DNA of 32,000 nucleotides from Candidatus Baldrarchaeota archaeon. GTDB lineage: Archaea > Asgardarchaeota > Baldrarchaeia > Baldrarchaeales > DXJG01. Location: positions 299,473 to 331,472 of the forward strand of contig DXJG01000009.1 of the NCBI GenBank assembly GCA_019056805.1. Reading direction: 5' to 3'. Below the pieces are notes generated by a model. That model was not told the origin of the DNA and searched no databases. It worked only from the letters and a program-made list of their open reading frames with translations. The position numbers and the translations under genes were made by a program. Below, one piece after another: positions 27,578 through 32,000 of the stretch (the stretch's first letter is position 1; each line of letters starts with the position of its first letter).

Positions 27578-27714
27578 ACTCATGTGATATCGGATAATAC
27601 CATGTATTTCCAGGATTTTTGGAATTTTTAATAGTGAGCCTTTTACAATAACTTAAGGATATCAAGAGAAATAGTAACTAATTAAACCATACAAAATTCA
27701 AAATTAATAAAACA

Positions 27715-28812
27715 TTATACACTAATTATTTTGCGGACTATTTTAACTATTCTTACACCAGCATCCCCATTACCGAACGGTGATTGCATCGGTAATTTTG
27801 GTGTATTATCTATAATGTCCCTTAATTTACTTATAACCGTGGGGGGGTCAACACCAACTATGTGTGCAAACCCTTTTTCAACTGCCTCCGGTCTCTCTGT
27901 CGAAGTTCTTAATACTAACACTGGTTTACGAATTTCTGGAGCTGTTGCTTCTTCTTGTAATCCTCCCGAATCTGTTAATATTACCTTAGCATCCTTCATT
28001 AGTACTAAGAATTCAAAATATCCCAATGGTGGTAATAGTTGAAGGTGTGGCATGGATTGTACCTTATCAAACAATCTATACTGTTCCAGTCGTTTTTTCG
28101 TTCTAGGATGAATAGGGAATACCAATGAAATGGAAGATTTTTCGAGAATTTTGACAAATTTGCTCAACGTTATTGGATCATCTACGTTTTCTGCCCTATG
28201 AAAAGTAACTATGGCATATTCGTCAAATTTTATTTGGGTTATAATATCGGAGGCTTTTTTCAATGCTATCGGCAAATATTTTTTTATAGCGTCAATAACT
28301 GTATTACCAGTAACAAAAATTTTACCCCACACGTGTTCTTCGAGTAAATTGTTTTTTGACTTTTCAGTTGGTGCAAATAGATAATCACTAACATGATCGA
28401 TCATTCTTCTGTTATGTTCTTCTGGCATTCTCCAATCATAACTTCTTAGTCCAGCTTCCACATGTCCTATTTTGATATTTTCCTTCAATGCTGTTAATCC
28501 TGCAGCCAGCATGCTATTTGTATCGCCTTGTATAAGCATAATTTTGAATTGCTTTTTCGTTTGTTTAATTACTTTCTCTAGATTTATCATCATCTCTCCA
28601 ATTTGTTGCGGTGGCGATTCTCCTTTTAATTCAAAACTGTAATGAGGTTTTGGTAATCCCAGTTCTTCTATGAAGACGCGACTCATTTCGTAGTCATAGT
28701 GTTGCCTCGTATGCACAAAAACAAATTCTAATCCATTTTTTTCCAATTCTAAGATCACTGGAGCCATTTTAATTATTTCCGGCCTTGTTCCCACTACTAC
28801 GAGTATTGTCAT
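27715..28812 (-). CDS. wecB: UDP-N-acetylglucosamine 2-epimerase (non-hydrolysing)
   Basis: GTRPEIIK, QGDTNS, HVEAGLRS, MPEEHNR, TGNTVID, HRAENVD, TDSGGLQEEA, TERPE. AGGTG RBS before ATG 28812. Confidence 0.95.
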   Translation of the reverse strand: MTILVVVGTRPEIIKMAPVILELEKNGLEFVFVHTRQHYDYEMSRVFIEELGLPKPHYSFELKGESPPQQIGEMMINLEKVIKQTKKQFKIMLIQGDTNSMLAAGLTALKENIKIGHVEAGLRSYDWRMPEEHNRRMIDHVSDYLFAPTEKSKNNLLEEHVWGKIFVTGNTVIDAIKKYLPIALKKASDIITQIKFDEYAIVTFHRAENVDDPITLSKFVKILEKSSISLVFPIHPRTKKRLEQYRLFDKVQSMPHLQLLPPLGYFEFLVLMKDAKVILTDSGGLQEEATAPEIRKPVLVLRTSTERPEAVEKGFAHIVGVDPPTVISKLRDIIDNTPKLPMQSPFGNGDAGVRIVKIVRKIISV

Positions 28813-30103
28813 TTTTGTTGCACCTTTTACAACCAATTCCGTAGTATATGAATCCCAGTTTTTTCGCTTTACGTAGATCTATTAGATGTCTGCAATCAAT
28901 AATTATTGGCTTGGCCATTTTGTCCTTAAGTTTACCAAGATCTATTTCCTTAAACTGCTCATGATCAGTCACAATTATGGTAACATATGCTCCCATGATG
29001 GCTTCTTCCATAGAATTAGTTGAGATAGCTCCAAATGATTCCCTTGTATATGGATCATATGTGAAAACTTCATAACCCTTCTTAAGCAATTCCTTCACTA
29101 TAAATATAGCTGGACTCTCTCTAGTGTCACCAATATTACCCTTATACGCTACTCCCAGCACCGCGATCTTAGATTTCCTTGGTACATTATTTTCTTGTAA
29201 AACTTTTTCTATTAATGAAACAGTATATTGAGGCATAAATTCATTTATTGATCTACTAATCAGTATCAATTCTTTACCAAATAAATCATTAACAGAATAT
29301 ACCAACATATAAGGATCTTTAGTCAAGCAGGAACCACCCACACCGGGTCCAGGTTTATGTATATTAACACGAGGATGTGTATTAGCTAACTCAATAGCTT
29401 CCCAAACATCTACGTCTAAACAATCAGCCATTAATGCCAAGAGATTGGCATATGCTATGTTCAAATCTCTAAATGTATTTTCGATAAGTTTTACAAATTC
29501 CGCCGTAGTCGCATCAGTCTTGTAAAGTTTTTTATTTACAGTACTGTAGAGTTCATATGCCCTCTCCGTTGATTTAGGCCCAACACCACCTATTATTCTC
29601 GGTTCGTTGGTTAATTCATATATGGCCTTTCCGGGCGCAATTCTTTCGGGTACGTGAGCCAGATAAAAGTCTTCTTCAACTCTTAAACCAGTTTCTTCAA
29701 GTTTATATTTTACAAAGGTTTTCGTTGTTCCCGGTGGTATGGTCGACTCAATAACTATTAGCTGCTTATCATGTAGTCCACACTTAACTAAGTTTAGCGC
29801 GGACTCAATGTATGTCAAGTCTGTTTTCCCCTCTTTGAATGGTGTTGGTACAGTTATTATTACTGCATCAGTATTTTCAACAACACAAGAACCATCATTC
29901 GTAGCCTCTAATAAGCCTCTATTTACAACATCCTTTAACAATCCATCAAGACCAGGTTCATTAATATAGCTTATACCTTTATTTACCATTTCTACTTTTT
30001 GTGAATCAATATCAAAACCCACGACTCTTTTTCCTCTTGATGCAAATATAACAGCGGCAGGTAATCCCACACATCCTAATCCAATAACACCAATTGTATT
30101 CAT
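28769..30103 (-). CDS. wecC: Nucleotide-sugar dehydrogenase, probably UDP-ManNAc dehydrogenase
   Basis: GLGCVGLP Rossmann motif, VPTP, ESTIPPGTT, PERIAPG, KLIENTFRDLNIA, GPGVGGSC, YKGNIGDTRESP; adjacent to wecB. Confidence 0.82.
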   Translation of the reverse strand: MNTIGVIGLGCVGLPAAVIFASRGKRVVGFDIDSQKVEMVNKGISYINEPGLDGLLKDVVNRGLLEATNDGSCVVENTDAVIITVPTPFKEGKTDLTYIESALNLVKCGLHDKQLIVIESTIPPGTTKTFVKYKLEETGLRVEEDFYLAHVPERIAPGKAIYELTNEPRIIGGVGPKSTERAYELYSTVNKKLYKTDATTAEFVKLIENTFRDLNIAYANLLALMADCLDVDVWEAIELANTHPRVNIHKPGPGVGGSCLTKDPYMLVYSVNDLFGKELILISRSINEFMPQYTVSLIEKVLQENNVPRKSKIAVLGVAYKGNIGDTRESPAIFIVKELLKKGYEVFTYDPYTRESFGAISTNSMEEAIMGAYVTIIVTDHEQFKEIDLGKLKDKMAKPIIIDCRHLIDLRKAKKLGFIYYGIGCKRCNKNDNTRSSGNKAGNN

Positions 30104-30169
30104 AGTGCCACAACCTCAGTTGTTACTATAATAAATAGCTAAGAACCATAATAATTTTATTTTCCTGAA

Positions 30170-30493
30170 TTATTTTATTCCATCATTCACAAGTCTTTCT
30201 CTCCTTAATTCAAATATAACCGTACCACCTTTCGTATATGGCAAGCCAGGGTCAGGACATTGAACATACCCAGTATCATTATCTTCACCAATACCAAGTT
30301 CTTTCACTGATATTCCTTTAATAAATGGTATTAGTAGTGTCATCATAGAATTTAAGGCATGAATACATACTGGAACACATCGATTAGGTTTAATGTAGTA
30401 TCCTTCTATTATAAATTCATCACTTTGTCTATAGCCCATGCCACATCTTCCTATGACCTTATGTACAATAATTTTAACTTTATGCTTCGTCAA
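30170..30493 (-). CDS. TIGR04076-family small Cys-rich protein
   Basis: GRCGMGY...EF, VCIHAL, VQCPDPG...GGTVIFEL pattern; AGGAGG RBS. Confidence 0.7.
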   Translation of the reverse strand: MTKHKVKIIVHKVIGRCGMGYRQSDEFIIEGYYIKPNRCVPVCIHALNSMMTLLIPFIKGISVKELGIGEDNDTGYVQCPDPGLPYTKGGTVIFELRRERLVNDGIK

Positions 30494-30781
30494 ACTATGT
30501 CAATCCTCCTAAATTATATTTAACATAAATTTTTAAACAGTTCTATTTATTAGTATTAACAAATCTAATTCTTCATCCAAATTAGTTTCCTATCCGCGGA
30601 CGCTTTCCAGATACACATATTTCATGGTATACAATAGATCTAGAAGCCAAAACAGAGATAAACCTACATCATCAAACATGGATAAGTCGCTGTCGAATGA
30701 CTCAAACCCCTTTTAATAACATTACACCTAAAATAAAGATCTATAGTAATAACACATATACCAAAGATTTCTAAATTTTCT

Positions 30782-31819
30782 TTATTGAGTACAACTGAAG
30801 TATTTACACTTTTTCACTACTACACTAAAACTGAATTTGAAAGTCTTATTAAAAATTCCTGTTAAGCATCCAACTATTCTTGCAAAATCTAAGATTAATA
30901 TAATGATAGGAACTAAATGTAAAACCTTAAAATTTCTTAACTGTTTATTCTTTACTAGAGGTACCAATAAGTATCCTAAAATACAAATCAAAAGTGCTAT
31001 CCAAATTTGTGGATATACAAATCCCAATATCAGCATTAATCCTCCAAGTGTATATCGTATAAAGAGTAGTCTGTAATTAAATAATAAACCTGCCTCACCA
31101 TTTCCTTTAGCATATAAATAATGTTGTTTAAAGACAGCTCTTAAATTTGGTCTTACTCTCCAATAAACTACAGCATGTGGTGCAAAAGCAAACTTGCAAC
31201 CTGCTTTTTTTAAATTCAAGTCAAATAAAGTATCTTCAGCGGTATATAACCATTCAGGGTATCCACCAACTTTTTCCCAGCATTTTTTCTTAAATGCTAC
31301 TGATCTACTTGACGGTAAAAACTTATCTGGATTTTTTAACACGTTTTCCAATTTTGGATAAGTTAATTCAGCTACACATTTCTCGAATTCGGTCCTTGCG
31401 TCGGCTTCGTACCATCCCGCCACTACATCCACGCTTGGATCTTCCTCAAATGGTCTAACTAAATTTTTCAGCCAGTCTTTATCTAATCGGCATCCGGCAT
31501 CTGTTGATGCGATTATGTCATACTCTGCATTTTTGATAGCAATATTTCTTCCCTCTGCGATGTTTACACCGTTTTTAACAATTAATTTTATTGGAGCACC
31601 TTTTTCAATATAAGATTTTATAATTTCAACAGTTCTGTCTATAGACCCACCATCAACAATAATGATTTCATCTGGCGGTCTTGATTGAGATAATAATGAG
31701 TCTAAGAATTCTTTAATGGAGGATTCTTCATTTTTTAGCGTGCAGATTAACGAAACTTTTATGTCTTTTATTTCTCCACACCCCACAATTTGAGATACGT
31801 GTTTGCAACCTTTTCCCAT
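30782..31819 (-). CDS. GT2 glycosyltransferase with C-terminal TM helices
   Basis: LKNEESSI, DGGSIDRT, TDAGC, PSSRSVAF, GGYPE...AEDT. Start uncertain (ATG 31819 or GTG 31786). Confidence 0.9.
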   Translation of the reverse strand: MGKGCKHVSQIVGCGEIKDIKVSLICTLKNEESSIKEFLDSLLSQSRPPDEIIIVDGGSIDRTVEIIKSYIEKGAPIKLIVKNGVNIAEGRNIAIKNAEYDIIASTDAGCRLDKDWLKNLVRPFEEDPSVDVVAGWYEADARTEFEKCVAELTYPKLENVLKNPDKFLPSSRSVAFKKKCWEKVGGYPEWLYTAEDTLFDLNLKKAGCKFAFAPHAVVYWRVRPNLRAVFKQHYLYAKGNGEAGLLFNYRLLFIRYTLGGLMLILGFVYPQIWIALLICILGYLLVPLVKNKQLRNFKVLHLVPIIILILDFARIVGCLTGIFNKTFKFSFSVVVKKCKYFSCTQ

Positions 31820-32000
31820 GTCTGTTCTTTTGCGAAACGATATGCGTTTTTAATTTTTTCTTCCGCTTTTTTCGGATTTTTATAGTAGTACACAATTTTC
31901 TCTGCTAATTCTTTAGGAGATGACACTATAATCATCATGTCCTTTGAATTTGGGATTAAAGTTAAATAATCTTTTTTTAACTCATTTTCAAACACGCTGA
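31768..32000 (-). CDS. C-terminal part of a probable GT4 glycosyltransferase (enters from window edge)
   Basis: Frame open to the edge; SPKELAEKI...AYRFAKEQTWEKVANTYLKLW is a typical GT-B C-terminal helix. Confidence 0.7.
   Translation of the reverse strand, partial: SVFENELKKDYLTLIPNSKDMMIIVSSPKELAEKIVYYYKNPKKAEEKIKNAYRFAKEQTWEKVANTYLKLWGVEK

Noticed and set aside
829-30042. Numerous 60-170 aa antisense or nested ORFs in the ORF track (e.g. 829-1020, 4740-5129, 5489-5995, 8102-8614, 12622-12984, 27731-28042)
   Set aside because: Shadow frames of well-supported genes, without family motifs.
30590-30715. Possible C/D-box sRNA or tRNA fragment on the minus strand (TGATGA, GGGTTTGAGTC)
   Set aside because: No CTGA D boxes at suitable spacing and no cloverleaf.
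1-32000. tRNA, rRNA, CRISPR arrays and ORB replication-origin boxes
   Set aside because: None recognised by eye.

Overview
AT-rich archaeal DNA, probably TACK/Bathyarchaeia-like (inferred from GGTGA/GGAGG RBSs, TATA-type promoters and DUF1616 genes), forming one cell-surface modification locus in three parts. (1) 1-8.6 kb: two divergent DUF1616-type membrane genes, then a sulfate-activation cluster. It holds sat and cysC (APS/PAPS synthesis) interleaved with three cytoplasmic alkaline-phosphatase-superfamily (NPP-like) paralogs, with no canonical sulfotransferase and no reductive genes. Three tiny ribbon-helix-helix proteins (the third lies in part 2) all end in an acidic RL(R/K)xLGY tail. 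(2) 8.6-12.4 kb: a mobile junction with two different TnpB genes. A Zn-finger-less TnpB is translationally coupled to an unannotated 52-aa AbrB/SpoVT gene. A canonical TnpB has an intact right end and is coupled to a frameshifted AbrB-like remnant. A GC-rich structured RNA candidate is transcribed divergently from the first pair. (3) 12.5-32 kb: a glycosylation island with a Dol-P-sugar synthase-GtrA fusion, an unusual GT4/GT-C (YfhO/PTPS-related) fusion, two more GT-C-like membrane proteins, GT2 and GT4 enzymes, wecB/wecC and a TIGR04076 protein. Best novel-system candidates: the PAPS + AlkP-paralog + RHH-RLxxLGY module (putative non-canonical glycan sulfation system) and the AbrB-TnpB-divergent RNA unit. 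Family assignments are from motif recognition only; no searches were run.
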